A stretch of DNA of 64,000 bases from the NCBI RefSeq assembly GCF_022539665.2, contig NC_081331.1:14260001-14324000 (forward strand), in the 5' to 3' direction. This DNA is from Daphnia carinata (lineage: Eukaryota). Position 1 is the stretch's first letter. Each line of letters opens with the position of its first letter. Below, piece by piece: positions 15,801 to 29,792 of the stretch. Under the pieces are notes generated by a model. The model searched no databases. It had not been told where the DNA came from and was given only the letters and a program-made list of their open reading frames with translations. The position numbers and the translations under genes are program-made.

Positions 15801-17038
15801 CCTAATCATCGCACTGAGAATATCTCTGTGTAGAAGGGGGGGGGGACTATCTTCGTCACACCCCTACACTCCCCTCCTCTATTGCTTTCACAATAACGCT
15901 CGATGAATAATCCCCCATCTCCCTTTTATCCGAAATCCTCTAACGTTCTCCCTAGCTGAAAAATCGACGCTCTGTATAGCTTTTGACGTAACAGCGACTA
16001 CGATATATAATAAAATGAAATCAGCCTGTCGACGGATTTATTTAAAAAAAAGAAAAAAAAACCCTTCCCTTTTCTTTTTTAATCCAACGGGTCGGTTATT
16101 ACCTTCCCTTCTTTTTTAGAAAGATATTTATAACCCCCGCCATCAGCGAAACGACGACGTAAACATTTAAGAAATAAAGAAAAAAAAAAAAGGAAACTGG
16201 GTGCTGAGCTCTTAATCTGCTTAAAACTCTAAAACCATCTCTAATCCCTCGTTCCATTGGCCTTCTCTTATTTCACTACCCTCCCAGCTGTATATAGTTG
16301 CGTTTTATCAAAATCCTCTCTCACTCGGATTTTAGGCAGCATGTCTCTCCACTAGTAAATAGACGCTGCTGAATAATCACGAGCGCACACATACACACCC
16401 AATCTCTTTTTTTTTTTTGCTCTCTTCTCGGAAATGATGGCAGACGGAACTTTTTAACACACTTGACAATTTCAAATGAATTTTGTTTGTCCCGTTTAAA
16501 TCATTTTAAATAAGATGATGAAGCAAAAAAAAAAATAATGTACCGATAGTTGTGGGTGATGCAATGCTGACGGGATGAGCCATTTGATGAGAGTCGATCT
16601 TGTTGTTGTTGTTGTTCGGATGCAAACAGCTTTTACTGTTGTTGTTGTTTTGATGAGGCGTTTTTGCAATATCGCCACTGTTGCTACCAACAGATTGGCT
16701 GGCCTGCTGGAAATACATGGTGCCCGCCAACGCGGACAGGTCCGTTGCGACCGATGATGAGGTCCTTGTAGGCGGTGGAGGTGGCGGGAACATTTGACTC
16801 GTCCGGCACATGATCGGCCGCCACAACGACATCAATTGTTGACTGTCCTGTTTTTTTTTTTAAATTTAAAATTCATTATTGTTTTGGATTTCGAGAAAAA
16901 GAACATTGAACTTACACAGTCGTCGAGCGTGTTATTCTTGGACGATGTGGCCGTTTGAATGGACGATTCAGCCATGTGTCGATTCAACGCCGGCACGTTG
17001 TCGTTTGCTGGGGACACGGTCACTACCTCGGCATTCAT
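9846..17038 (-). CDS. dve: defective proventriculus / SATB-like homeobox protein (Compass/ULD domain + two homeodomains), with an apparent 1-nt frameshift at ~11238
   Basis: Exons 17038-16916, 16847-16544, 12352-~12078, ~11995-11869, ~11791-11677 and ~11615-9846. Compass-like motifs GKSIPVHCVV...VDSYAIIPAST...LRKLGY...GWLMMKNWRPL. HD1 is RVRMRTTFDPEQE/LPRLQRWF...LVYWFKNARAAFKR and HD2 is RKRNRTFIDPVTEVPRLEHWF...VQFWFKNRRAKCKR. The start exon is less certain. Confidence 0.9.
13143..13165. repeat. (CCT)n microsatellite in dve intron
   Basis: Visible tract. Confidence 0.85.
15625..15652. repeat. (CA)n microsatellite in dve intron
   Basis: Visible tract. Confidence 0.85.
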
Positions 17039-17319
17039 ATCCCGAAAAAATATTTTATTTTTTCTACTGTCTTTTTATAAATGAAACATTGACAGCAGAA
17101 ATGTCACAGCTCTTTAAAAGTTTTTTAATGTTTCTTGTCCAAACATGTCTCAATACGAAAAGCGGAACGCGGTTGTCGGTTCTTACCCGGCCGGTTCGTA
17201 TCACCTCACTGACGGTGTCACGCGCTAGAGACCGAAACTACTTTCATTCTGAATCATACGGCCTCCGTCATAGATGAGGGGTGGCCCGGACAACCACCCC
17301 TCTCCTCATTCACGCACCC

Positions 17320-17341
17320 CTCTCTCTCTCTCTCTCTCTCT
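17320..17341. repeat. (CT)n/(GA)n tract upstream of dve; possible GAGA-factor element
   Basis: CT repeat ~300 nt upstream of the putative dve start. The regulatory role is inferred only. Confidence 0.7.
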
Positions 17342-19989
17342 GTGTTGTACATAGTAGAGATGTACACACGTTTACAGATGGAAGGGAGGAGTCTCTGTTA
17401 GCTCCACCTTTCTATCTGTAAGACTTGCGCTAAGAAAATAATAAATGAAACGGAAGAATCCTTCGAAATGATTCCGGCAACCATCCGGACCCGAGGAAAA
17501 AGGACTTTTTTTTTCTCAAAAAATAAAAATGTACCTTTTACGTAAAGATTTTGGGAGATAAGTGTAAAAAAAAAAAAAAATGAAATCTAATCATTTTTGT
17601 TGGTGAATTGTTGATCTCGATCAATCCGTGCCAGTCCCATCCGGTAGAAAGACTTGGCCTGTCAATCTGGCCAGTTGCTAAGCATTTTTTATTTTCGCTC
17701 GTCTCCCAAAATCAACAAACCAAACGTATTTTCGACTTTAGAACGATAATCTCTCTTTGCGTGAGCCCGTAATCGCTATCCTATTTGACTTTGATTTTTC
17801 CAACAGTGTGTCACTTCTCGCTGGGACTTATCAGCGTTTGACTGATGGGAATGTTAACAATGGGACGCTTAATAGTCAAAGCAGGTAATCGTTTGGGGCT
17901 CTACGTGACTGTTTTCTTGCTCCATTTTTTGTTTTTAAAGCGAAGCACCCAAAAAATAGGGATATGATTAGAAGCGGATCAAAGATTATTAGATCATCGG
18001 ATGACTCGTTCGTCACGCACGCATCCCTCTGCGTCTCTATGCGGAAAATGTTGTTGGCGCCTTATTCAACTAGTCCACTCGTTTTTTTTAAAGGGGTCAC
18101 CCAACTTTGTTACGTAATGAAAAATGTCCGACTAGGCCTTCACGGATCAAACGTCTACATAGGAAAAAGAGAGAAAAGAAAAAAAAAGTTAATCGAATAT
18201 TAAAGAAGACCTTGTGCTGCTTTGCTCCTCGACCCTCAATGGCTGACAACAATTCAAAGTCCAGTAGCAATCACGTACGTAGAAATGTATCGACAAATGC
18301 TAGGGGAAAAAAACGAGAATATCAAGAAATCATAATTTCAATATCTGAAATATTATGATTATTTTTCAATCTTTTTTTTTTTCATTTCTTTGGTTGGCAA
18401 AGAGGAATCATATTGGATATGAATCCGGTTGACCAGAAATGTAAAAAAAAAAAAAAGGGGGACGTCTTCAATGGCCAAAATCGGCTGATCGACGCAACGA
18501 AAGGAAATGTGTACTTGTATACAATATGAGATCCAACATCGTTGCAACGCAGCGACGAGTCACCGGGATCCGCAAAAGTAGGAATAAAAAGAAAAGGACG
18601 AAAGGGAAATCAAAGAAAAACGGGCGGATGGACACACGGTTCTAGTATGAGAATAGAGAAAAGGTCGATGAATCAATTTTTCTATTCGACAATCGTTCAT
18701 GGAGAAGACGGGGGAGGGCTAAAGAGGAGAGGAGGCGATAGACGAAGGATAAGATTTCGGCTTTAAAAGAAGCTCGTACCGTTGTCAATATTGTCGGGAT
18801 TTCTCTCCCTTCTTTCACGATCTTTGCCTATCCTTTTTGTTCTTACGAAACAGACCCTACGACATCTAGCGACATTAGTTGACATTTCTTACACATCTCC
18901 CTTTCCTTTTGTGTGCCGTAACGCGCTAATTCGAGTAACAATTAAAATGCAGAAGAACTCATTTACATTTGGAAAGTTTCCTACCATGAAATGTTTTGGT
19001 ATCCTTTTCTCCAGCAAACACGCGCAAGCATTTCGAAAATGTGCTTCATCATTTTCAATTGGATGAGTAATACGATCGTACATTGCAGCTTCCGATTGTT
19101 GTTCACATAGAAATCCAAAGTAAAAAAGTTAAATAATTTGTGCATAAAAGAATGAATATGGGCACATATTGATACGATATTGGTAGTTACCTTTCAACTG
19201 AAATGAGGACGTGACGAATTTTTTTTGCGAAAGCCGCAAGTAACCATGAACCACCTAAAGTATGCACAGCTATTTGACGGCTGCCTGGCAACACCTGAAG
19301 AAGAAGAAAATCATCAGCAGGTGAAAGGGGACATTTGTTGAGCACAGTGCGTAGGACGAGTAAGGTTCGTTGCAACATTGCAGAGTTAACCCTACTATTC
19401 CATAGCTGCAGGTGATGATGTACAGTCCGATGACGTCCGCATTGGATCGATGCATGCACCTGGATTTCTATACCATTTTTAACTGTATACAGGCAGTATC
19501 ACAGGCTCTAGGGAAAATCACCTAGAGTTGCCTAACCAAAGAAAAGAATTATTCACGTTCGAAAGTTCACGGTATCCTAGAGGCAAGTGCACGGCGATTG
19601 ACCAAAATATCAAAATGCAGCTGAGAAATTTTTCAAAATGTCAGTTAAAAATTACCTTCTTAAGTATAGGTTTTAGGCAAAAATACCATGATACATACTT
19701 CCCAAAACATTCGTACCAACAGTCATAAAAATTATACGGGATGATTAAATTACGCGTCGACTTAGGCCTAAATAATCCAGAGTCCAACATTAGAAAATTT
19801 AACGTAATTATTCCATTTTTGAATAAAAAAATCTTCAAAAGATTGGCGTTTTCCTGCTGCTTTTAATACCTGTCTTCATTAAAACAATCAGAAACTTTTT
19901 TTTTATTAATAAATATGAATATTAAAATAACATGATTTTGCAAAGGCAAACTATTGATCAGTTGATGAGCAGTTTTGGCTTAATAAACA

Positions 19990-22666
19990 TTAGGAAGACA
20001 AAAGCTCCAAGACTTTGTCATAAAGCTTCTCTTTGACATCTGTCCCCTGTTTCAAAATACACAATTAATACGGCCAAATAAAAATAAAATTGCCAAATGA
20101 CTGACCCATATGAAATCCAAATGATTGTATTCCTGGAAACGAGTAGATCCCTTCAAGTTCGTTAGCTTAGTCAGCAGCCAATCGACATCCTAAACAATCG
20201 ATTTAGATATTTCAAACTTCTATTAGCAGCCCATCATAAACGTGAAAATAATGGATACCTTTGCTGTAACGATTTTGTCAACTGCGCCTGAAAAGACATA
20301 AATCTGTTCTCGTAAAAAATAAAATTACAATTAATGAGCAATTCTTTTAAGCTTATTCCAACTGTACACGGATATTACCGGAGCTGTGATTTTTCTCAGA
20401 TCATACTCAAATGGTTTCGTTGAACCGTAATTTTGAAGATTGCCCTCCGTGCCGTAATCGTAAGCCTGGAATATCTCACCTATGCATAGGGGTAATCCAG
20501 GTAAGAAATCACATCGCATGTAGTGTGGCTTATCTCATTATACCTGCATTATAATTTTGAGCAAATTGAGCTATGACAGCCACCGAAGTTCCAGTCATAA
20601 AATTTGCGTTCATCAATGGGATCAAAGCCTGAATGATTTGCAAATGTTAAATAACATTTAAAAAAAAATAGAATGTCTATGGAACTTACGGGATCAAGGT
20701 TTTTGCGATTGGGCCCACAAACTAAAATGAACACGTCTCTGCAGAATCGCGCTTGGCTATAAGTTTGTTCGCATGCGATGTCAAACAAACGATCTCCGGC
20801 AATCTCACTATCAAACAGAACACGAGTGCCAAGAAATCTAAGGAAACTCTAGATATAAAAAAATATATTTCAAACGTGAAAATTGATCAAAAATGTTGTA
20901 GTAAATCTTATTCTATTGCCAAATAAAATACCTCGATGGGCTGAGTGTATGGAGTTAAAACCCGAAAGATGGCGTTGAAATTAGCAAATGATGAAAGCGG
21001 TGACAGAGCAATCTAGCGATTAGGTAACAAAGTTCATAGACATTAACACTAACAAAAAAAAAGAAAAGGATCTCTTACCATCAGTTCAATTTTTGCATTG
21101 AGCTGTGGATGCTTGATCATTGCGATGAAGAATACTCCACATCCTAGCGAATGTCCTATGTAAGACAATTTTGATTGGCCCGTTTTCATCAGTATATAGT
21201 TGATTACCGAAGGAATGTCATAATTTCCTATTTGGTCCCAGCTAAGTGTTCACAACATGATACGATTAAGATGTTATTATTCCGATTAGACGCAATACAT
21301 TAAATTACCTGAATTTCCAGTAATCGCGAGAATGTGGGTCAAGGGTAGTATGTTTTCTTGAATACTTGTTGCCTCGGAAATTACCCATCCATACGTCGTA
21401 TGACTGTTCTGCCAACAGTATTGCTAAGGGTAGAAAACAAGTTGTAAATTCAGTTACAAGGGAAAAGTATGTTGACATTTAAAAACGACTTGAACACTGC
21501 GGTTAAAAATTAACTTGGTAGGAAGGGTTTCTGTATTCAGGTTATTCCTACTGGTGGGCGTTCTTTCACCTCACGAAACAATCGAAATTAAAGGTTACGC
21601 CTTTACACTATTTTAAAAATGCAATTTTATCTGCCAGTTTTTAAACAGAAATCTCAAGATGTTTTTCTTTGGGACGGATCATTTTATGCCTTTCCTTGAG
21701 GCTAGACAGCAGCCATTTTAAACATTGCTGTAGGGAGGTGTTGACGACAAAGGTGAATTCGAGTTGAAGCTGATCCGCAATGCATTCTTTTAAACTGATC
21801 GTTGCAGCAACTACACTTGAAACGGTATTAAAAAATAACTTGGTGGTGGGAAAATATTTGTAAAAGCGGGAGCAGTTACGTGTTCACTGTGTTGCTAACA
21901 CAGTGGCACAGTACCTCTACCTGGTATTTGGCATTGGCCTTTTCCGGTCTCTTTAAACTCCCGTTTTTCCCTCACAGACCAGCCGACCGAAAACGGGACC
22001 AACACATTAAACGATATGCTCACAAAAAAAAAGCGAAACGTTGCATTCGATTTGACGAATAAATGAGCCCAGTCCTGTAACAGTTTTCAGATCTTAACGT
22101 AATTTTTAATATTTAAATGTATTACCAAGTGAACGGCTGGAAGGATTAACCAACCAAGTGCCGGATGACTGCATTACGCCGTGCTGCAAAAACACCACTT
22201 TCTTGGCAGTACCTTTAGGTGGGATTCGATGAATTTCCAGGATATATCTGCGTGAATATTTGAATTGTAAATTTTCAATTAAGTGGTAAAACACAATAAT
22301 TCAAATCATTACCCATCATCTGTAGTTACGTGATGAGTCTCGGATGGATATCCACGGTGAGCGATGACTTGCGGCTGCATATATCCATGAAACAGAATAA
22401 TAATAATAAAACAATAAAAAATGGATTACGTAACATCCACCAGTAAAAAAAAAAAATAAATTTACTGTCGTAAATTTCGACTCAATATTCTGAGGAAGTC
22501 TATCAAACAACCTAACACGTTGTTCTTCCGCTTTTCTTCGCCAATTTTTCAACACCATGTTGGCCTTGAACACATCCCGAACGCGTCCAATTGAACTGTA
22601 ACTAACGTCACTTAAAAGGATGGTCACTAACGCAAACCAACAAAACGTAAGTCGATTCAAAACCAT
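19990..22666 (-). CDS. Acid lipase family protein (gastric/lysosomal lipase, insect lipase 3-like)
   Basis: Signal-peptide-like N-terminus, then [46 protein letters not shown], nucleophile motif YIGHSLG, FQAYDYG and YNHLDFIWG. Multi-exon, stop TAA at 19992-19990. Confidence 0.92.
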
Positions 22667-25600
22667 GCCGTCAGTTCACAATCACGTTGCACTTTTTCTT
22701 AGCGGTACGTCACCCATAAAAAAATAAGGCCTGGATACGGAATTCAAGTCTATGCGTTGTAAAAGGCACAACCTGCACACGCTAAAATTGAAATCGGGAC
22801 TGAACATGGTGAGAGCTTGGAATCGAGCCTTTAAGGCTCTTCCTTTAAATCCAACTATTCTATGGGACACATAAAAATGCTAGCGCCTCGAGGGAATGCA
22901 CAATGATTTCACCTTAGAATTGTGTTTCGATGCGCCACACAAGTACAAATGACCAATTACGTGAAGAAAAAGCCTCTGTTATTGAATAGATTGTGACGCA
23001 ACAGGTGCGAAAAATTCCCGTTATTTGGTAGCGGATTCTTCTGATCACATCTGATATGGAAAATGACTTGCAATTTTTTACAAAAAAGCTCTAAAGACCA
23101 ACTACTTATAATTGAAATTACTTTCAAACAGTGGAAAGTAATCTGGCATATATTCATGCACGAATATATGTTCTGTGGTATTAAGTTAAAACCATAATAT
23201 AGTAAAAACTAAACAGCGACGTACATTGGAAGTTATGTTGAGCAATATGTTATCATTAGCTAGTAGGCGGAAGTTAACGAGTAATAGTTTAACCTACAAA
23301 AACAGGCTGGTAGAACATGGTAAATGGAGACGTGCTTACAAGACGTACAAAACTTTGCGGGCAAGGTAAGTATAGTGAAAAAACCACAACAGCCTAAAAC
23401 GACATTCTTCTTCCGGTATCATTCGCAATCGGCCTCATTGCTTGATTTGGAAATAATAAAAGGGGGAAGTCTGATCGTCAGCCTTTCTCAATCAAAGTCA
23501 ATGCAATGTATAGAAATTTTCAGGATAAAAAGAACCAAAACGATTTAAAGCTTAAACTCGTGACGCGAATAGAAATGAGATGAAAAAAATTAATGCACAA
23601 AGCAAAAAATAGATGGCCAACTCAACAAGTAAAATAGCAAAACGCAACTGCTTTTTATCAGTAGCTCAATGTCCTTTTCATATCTACATCTTTATGCATC
23701 TGTTATTGAACGCATTCCAACACCCGTCAATTAGTGTAGGGAAGACGCGTGGTATGTAAGTCAAAATACAACGAGAGTTTGTTGGAAGAATGCCCAAACA
23801 ATAAGGAAGTTTCACGGTCAAGACGTACGTGTCCGGTCGAGGTCGTCGACAGTTCCTCTAACCCACAAAAAAATTTTCTCGATGCGAAAAGGTATTGAAG
23901 CAGAGGAAAACATAATTCCCACGCATTTTGAAATCATGTCTGACGGAAGAAAAGTCGTTACGATTACGACAGCAAGTACGTGAATTATAGCGACTGGTTC
24001 AGTTACTACAAATGTTTTTGAAAGAATTTTGACAACTGCTTGGGAAAAGATGCAACTAATAAAACAGCTGTATCTGTTTGGGCTAGTCGACCGAAGACGT
24101 ATAATATACGTATATGGCCAACGCTTGGTTTTCGTCCACTCTAGGAAAGCATCCTAGTTCAGCAAGATACCGTTAGAACACTTATCAACCTCTTTTTTTT
24201 TCTTTAATACTTTACGCGATGCGTGGAATGTTTACTGTAATACAATTCAATTGTTTTTGTTTGTTTTACTACGACTTCCTACTGCCAGAACTTGACAAGT
24301 TACTCAGCATTCAGGCGTACTTGCAAGGGGTGCATCGTCAGCATGACTTGCACAAATAATAAAGGCTGAAAGACGTCTACTACGCTCTGAAAACACAGCC
24401 TGTATATTGCCGAAGGCTTTCACCACGGAAACTCTACTGTAAAAACGCGTTTTGTTTTATAAATGTTTGGAAGGCAACGACAAGACCAAGCTACGCATGA
24501 CTTTTACAAGTTCTAAACAAACAGAAACAAAGGTTTAATTCTCATTTTCGCAACAAATAGAAAAAGTGCTCGGTCAGCATGACAAGAGATTCACAGTTCT
24601 GAAATAAATGCATTTAAATCGCATGTCAGTCGTATTTCGGCTAATAAATTGAACTTCGCCTTAACCTGATTTTACATTATCTGATAAATTTGTTAATTTA
24701 ATACGTTCAGTTTTTTTTAAGTTGAACGATTCCTAGGCTATTTCTCGGTTGTTTATAACTAATTAAGACTTTTCTATACTTGATTTCATTTTTTCATATT
24801 TGGGCAAAGATATATGGAGTTAATATTTTAAAAAAGAAAACTAACTTTCATCCAAACGCTAAGAAGCGCGTCCAATGGCGGGCACATCTTGCCACATTGT
24901 GATCGAAGAGCCAGTTACAGTTTCGCTCAGATCATCCGGATGAATGAATAATTGCGTCGCAATGCCTAAACCGTTTTCAAAAATACAAATTCAATTACCA
25001 GAAAAATACATGATGGATAAGTGAGCATTTTCAACTGCAAATGTCAAGAATACCAACGGCAGAATTGTAATTTGCAACACTAGTCAAAGAATTACATGAA
25101 AGAAAACAAAAACCTATTTTAAGTGCACACCAGGTTCCCAGTTAGTGAAATTGGTTGAATGTCAACATTACAACCATTTTCTCTTTGCGCAAAGAATGAT
25201 AAGTGTCTTGACATCAATTAGATGATTCTTCAAGATCGAGAATTAAAAAGGAGTATAATCCAGTGGCCTTTATATGGAAGGTTGTAATTAGAAACAATGG
25301 GCCTATCCTCATTAAGGTGCTTACATACCAAATAGAAGTGACAAAATTCTTACCATCTAAAATCTAGTAATGCATTGGACATCCTACTTGAGCCAAACGG
25401 GAACTAGTCTGTCACTACTGTACAAAATTATTTGAATTTAGAGAAAATATAGCTACCTGTGGTTTCCTTTGAATAGTTTAACAGCAGTCAGTTTATTCTT
25501 CTGTTGGATTTGTTCGTAGCAGTGTACTTCTACAGCTTCAACATGGCTTTACAACTTTCTTTCCTGGCAATACTAAAGTCATTTATGCAAAGACAACGAA

Positions 25601-26919
25601 AATCAGAGTTAAAAATTTAACATTTTACAAAAACACTTAGTTACCTTATCATTTGAAGTGGCATACAATGTTACTCATAAAATATTCCTCAACAAACTTT
25701 AAACACGGTTCTAATATAAAATCATTACTCTATACCAAAGATATTCCAACCTGCTTGAAGAACACGTGGCGAACAAAAATCTTTGGGTAAGTAACTTCTT
25801 TAGCCAGATACTTTTCGAACTTCTAGTTCCGTAGCGTTTCGGGGCAGTTTAACAAAGCGCGGGGAGTCACATTTGGTTTCCGAAACAGGAAAACGATGTC
25901 GATGACTCAAAATCGTCAGCTCAACTAAGAAGTTTTCCCGCTCTCCGCAGCATGTCCTACTGGTGATCTTGTTTCGCGCCAGAAAAGAACACTTTGCTTC
26001 ACGTATGACCTTGGCCAAATAATAGTTAATGGCAACAGCGCTTTCACTCCTAGTGCATCCTGGTGTCAAATTTTTAAAGATTTTTTTTATTTTTAAAAAC
26101 AGTTATAAAAACCTCGGCTCTTTTACGAATTTAAGGTTTAGAAAGTTCCATTTCATGAGTTTTTTTCAAATTTTGTGGAGCATTTGGGCCAATAACTGTT
26201 CTTCCATTTTGGAGCTAAACTCTTCCGTGCGCTCTCCCTTTCATCTTACTTCATGCTTCGACGTTGCCAAAATTTGTCTCGTAGCCAACATAATTCAAAG
26301 AAAAAATTATTGGGAATGTTGATTATCATGTCGCGAGATGGCCGACAGGGTTAGCGATTTTCGGACTAGTTTTTTCAGCAAACACTATCTGGGCTTAATG
26401 ACGAGCATATGTTGGAAGCACAGTGAATGTGCATCTGTGAGGATACTTTTGGGAATTTGGCTTTAAGGCGGTTTGTATTACTATTCTAATTGTAATCCTC
26501 TTTTACTACCTATTTACTGTATAAGATTATTTCTTTTCTCCATAGGGGTTTGGGGCTAATCATCTACGTAAGTTGATAAATCGTAAGTAAGCTTCAAACA
26601 CCTCGTGGAACGAGCTCAGCTTAAACTTTCAACAACTTGCAAAAAATTTAAAATTCAGAATCCTCTACAGTTCCCTTCTGATATGCCACCTTATAAGTTA
26701 GCTAGTTGCTTAGCTCAAGGAACTTGTCCATGAATGTGTTTGTTGAGATAATTTTTTGTTGTAATCTCTTTTCAACAGTCGTCGTAAGACATCACCACAA
26801 AATCCCCCCCACAATATAGGTTTGCCAACCACCGTCAGTTTTCTTGCTGTATTCCTAATCTTATATTTAAGCAATCAATTCTAAACCTGAGTAATTTCTT
26901 GACATTTTATTTAGGAAAA

Positions 26920-29189
26920 ATGCGTGTGACCAACGGTGTAGCTGTCCAACAACAGCTGTTCAATCCCGATAACGATATACTGACGTCAATGCGGCTTTTA
27001 TCTGGTGCTTTAAACGAATATATTCAAGAACGTCGTCCATCTGAAGGTGTCGATAAGACAAAGGTTCTGTTCCATCAACTTGTGGATGTTATGCTGGCCA
27101 AGTGGTCGACGTATTTCGTACCGGGAAATTCGTCAAAATACAAGAAAGTTTTCCAGCGAGCTCTCGGGATTCAACCCCAGTTGGCACAACTTGATGAAGA
27201 ATCTTTCGACATTAATCGTCATCAACATGACTTAGAATGTTTAGCTAGAATGGCTTCTTCGATTAAGCGTAAAGATATCGAACAAGAAATTCGCATGCGG
27301 CTACCTCATCAACCTCCAATACAAAATGCTACTATGATTAATTTGAACAGGAAAGAAGGCTGGATCAAGTTGGAAGAAGAAGGAAAGCATTACTTTGAAA
27401 TGAATGAATGGAAATTAGCTCTGGTTCGATTTAGTCAAGCAATTGGTTTAAATTCTGAAAAAGGAATTCTTTACTCTTGTCGAGCGAAATGTGAACTTCA
27501 TTTATCAAAATTTCAATTGGCGTTAGAAGATGCTCAAGATGCCGTTGAGCTCGATCCAAAGTGCGAGGAATACAGACGTCTTTTGTCGGAGGTATCTTCT
27601 GGATTCATACCATGTCAACCAATAACATCAAAGCAGACCGACTTCTACCAATTGGGTCGTGACTATTTTTACGGCGATAATGGATTTGTTCAAGATCATA
27701 TCGAAGCGGAGAAACACCTCAGAAAAGCTGCTGCAGCTTGTCATATAAACGCCAGTTTGTTGCTAGCGAAACTATTATTGAGAAAAGAGAGATCTTGTGA
27801 AGCATTTCCTCTTCTCCAATTTACTGCTGAGAAAGGTATGGTTGAAGCTCAGTACCTATTCGGGCGCCAGTTGATATATGGCGATGGATGCACTCGACAT
27901 GAACCATTAGCCAAAAAATGGCTCTTTAAGGCCTGTGCCCAAGGTTTTAAACCGAAGAACATGAGGACCGTTAGATGGGTCGATGTGATTGTGAGACAAG
28001 CCGAATCTTTGGCTCAATTTGAGTGGGCGAACAGTATCAACAGCAAAGGAATCAGCCTTCATAAAAGACTTGCACGATTCACATCTCATACTCGCTTTGA
28101 GTTTGATGAATTCGATGAACTTCTTAAATCCGCCATCCAATTTAATACTCGTTATCCGGCAAAAGAAGCAATCTCATTGTTGAAGCCGGATATTGAAGTG
28201 TGGATGCCCATGATGATGAAAAGAGCTAAAAATCATTCATTTCAAGCCCAATCTTTTTTTCTTGCTCATGGACTTATCATGGAAGCACAAAAATTGCTGC
28301 TTAGCAATCAGACTGTGCAATCACTGAAAATGCTGCGAGAAGGTAAATGATATCACTCCTATATTTTATCTTACTCATTTTAGCTTGCTCTTTTACAGCT
28401 AGCAGACAATGGGATTATCCCATCATTGATACCTCAATGTTTGCAGATGCAGCGGAAGAAATGCTGAAGAATAATGAAGCCAATGCTGAAGCCTATCATG
28501 TGTTAATCAGCTCAGACAGATGTTTATCCATTGAAAACAAACTTTGGTTGGCTGTTCAGTGCGTTAAGCTTGATCCATCTGTTCCCGATTTCCATCACTC
28601 CTTGGCCCGCGTGTATGGCGATATGGGAGACTACCGAAGAGCTCTACGCTCCATTGATGTAGCTCTGCAGATGTTTGTGCATTCAGACTGGTTGTACGAT
28701 CGGGCACATCTACTTCGATTGAGCAAGGCTAAACCGGATTCGGAAGTCGTTAATGCCTATGTGAAATATCTTTCTTGTAGTCCTCCTGATGCCGTTCACA
28801 TTCCCGATGCTTATTATTGTATAGCCTTAGCTCGTTACGCAATGTCTCATTTAAAAGAATTCACTGTCGCTTTGAAAAATGGTCAAAAAGCGGAGAGTTC
28901 CGAAATTCGCTTACCGTGTTTTCGGGCTGTCAAGAAGAATGGTTATGTTATCAAACAAGTTCCTAAACAGGATGTGAAGACTAATTCACAATCGGATGGT
29001 AAGAAAAAGAAAAAAATTTTCGAAATTCTGTGTGTTGTATGTTCCAAGGGAAACCCTTTACACTTTTGCCCGTTTTGCCATAACTGGACATGTGGGAATG
29101 ATGAGCAAAATACGTCGGCTGCGATGCACGACTGTCAAGCGAGTCACATTGCCTGTCACAAGTCAATCGCCTCTGCCAGCTCGGAATAA
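26920..29189 (+). CDS. TPR + Sel1-like repeat protein with C-terminal degenerate MYND-like Cys/His finger
   Basis: Two long exons joined by intron 28343..28398. TPR motifs (KLEEEGKHYF...ALVRFSQAIGL...LYSCRAKCEL), Sel1-like motifs (YQLGRDYFYGDNG, EAQYLFGRQLIYGDG) and C-terminal CVVC...CPFC...C...CQASH...H. An upstream exon is possible. Confidence 0.8.
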
Positions 29190-29792
29190 TTTTAGAACTC
29201 AACACGTTCTAGTGACTGTTTACCTTTCTTTAACGTACTGCGTTTGAGTTTCTTCTTTGAATCGTTTTAAGTGTGCCAGACTTGGTCTGTAGTATGAATG
29301 TTGCAAACATTCTTGTCATTTAAATCTCAGAGCTGTTGCTGCTTGCCTATCCATATTTTCAGCAACTTGGATAATGGAATTATTTTTGTGACTGCGTACA
29401 AACCATTCTCGTTCAAGTGTTAATAGTGACATTATTAACTGTGCCAAGCTTTGGCAGCTACCAACTCTTTATCTTTCCTGTAATCTTATAACCCAGTTAA
29501 ACTTGTTGTCCAAATAGAGGTAAATAGTTTGGACTGTGTTTTTATTATTTTCCAGGGAGCAGTACGTTTATTCGTTCCAGTTATTTCAAAATAGATTTTT
29601 TGTTTTGTTTCATACAAGATAGCAATAAATTAGTTAGCTATTTTTTTTTTGATAATATTAGATAATGAACTAGCGATTAACGATATCTTGCTAATTTAAA
29701 TATTTGAAATTTAAATTAAACGTTCGAGATCTGGCAACGTAAAGCATTCCGCATAACAGACAAATTCGAAACCCAGAGATTCAGTTCGTTCA

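Noticed and set aside
23300..26500. Exon-like fragments and possible TE remnant between the lipase and TPR genes
   Set aside because: I could not build a consistent spliced frame, a domain or matching termini.
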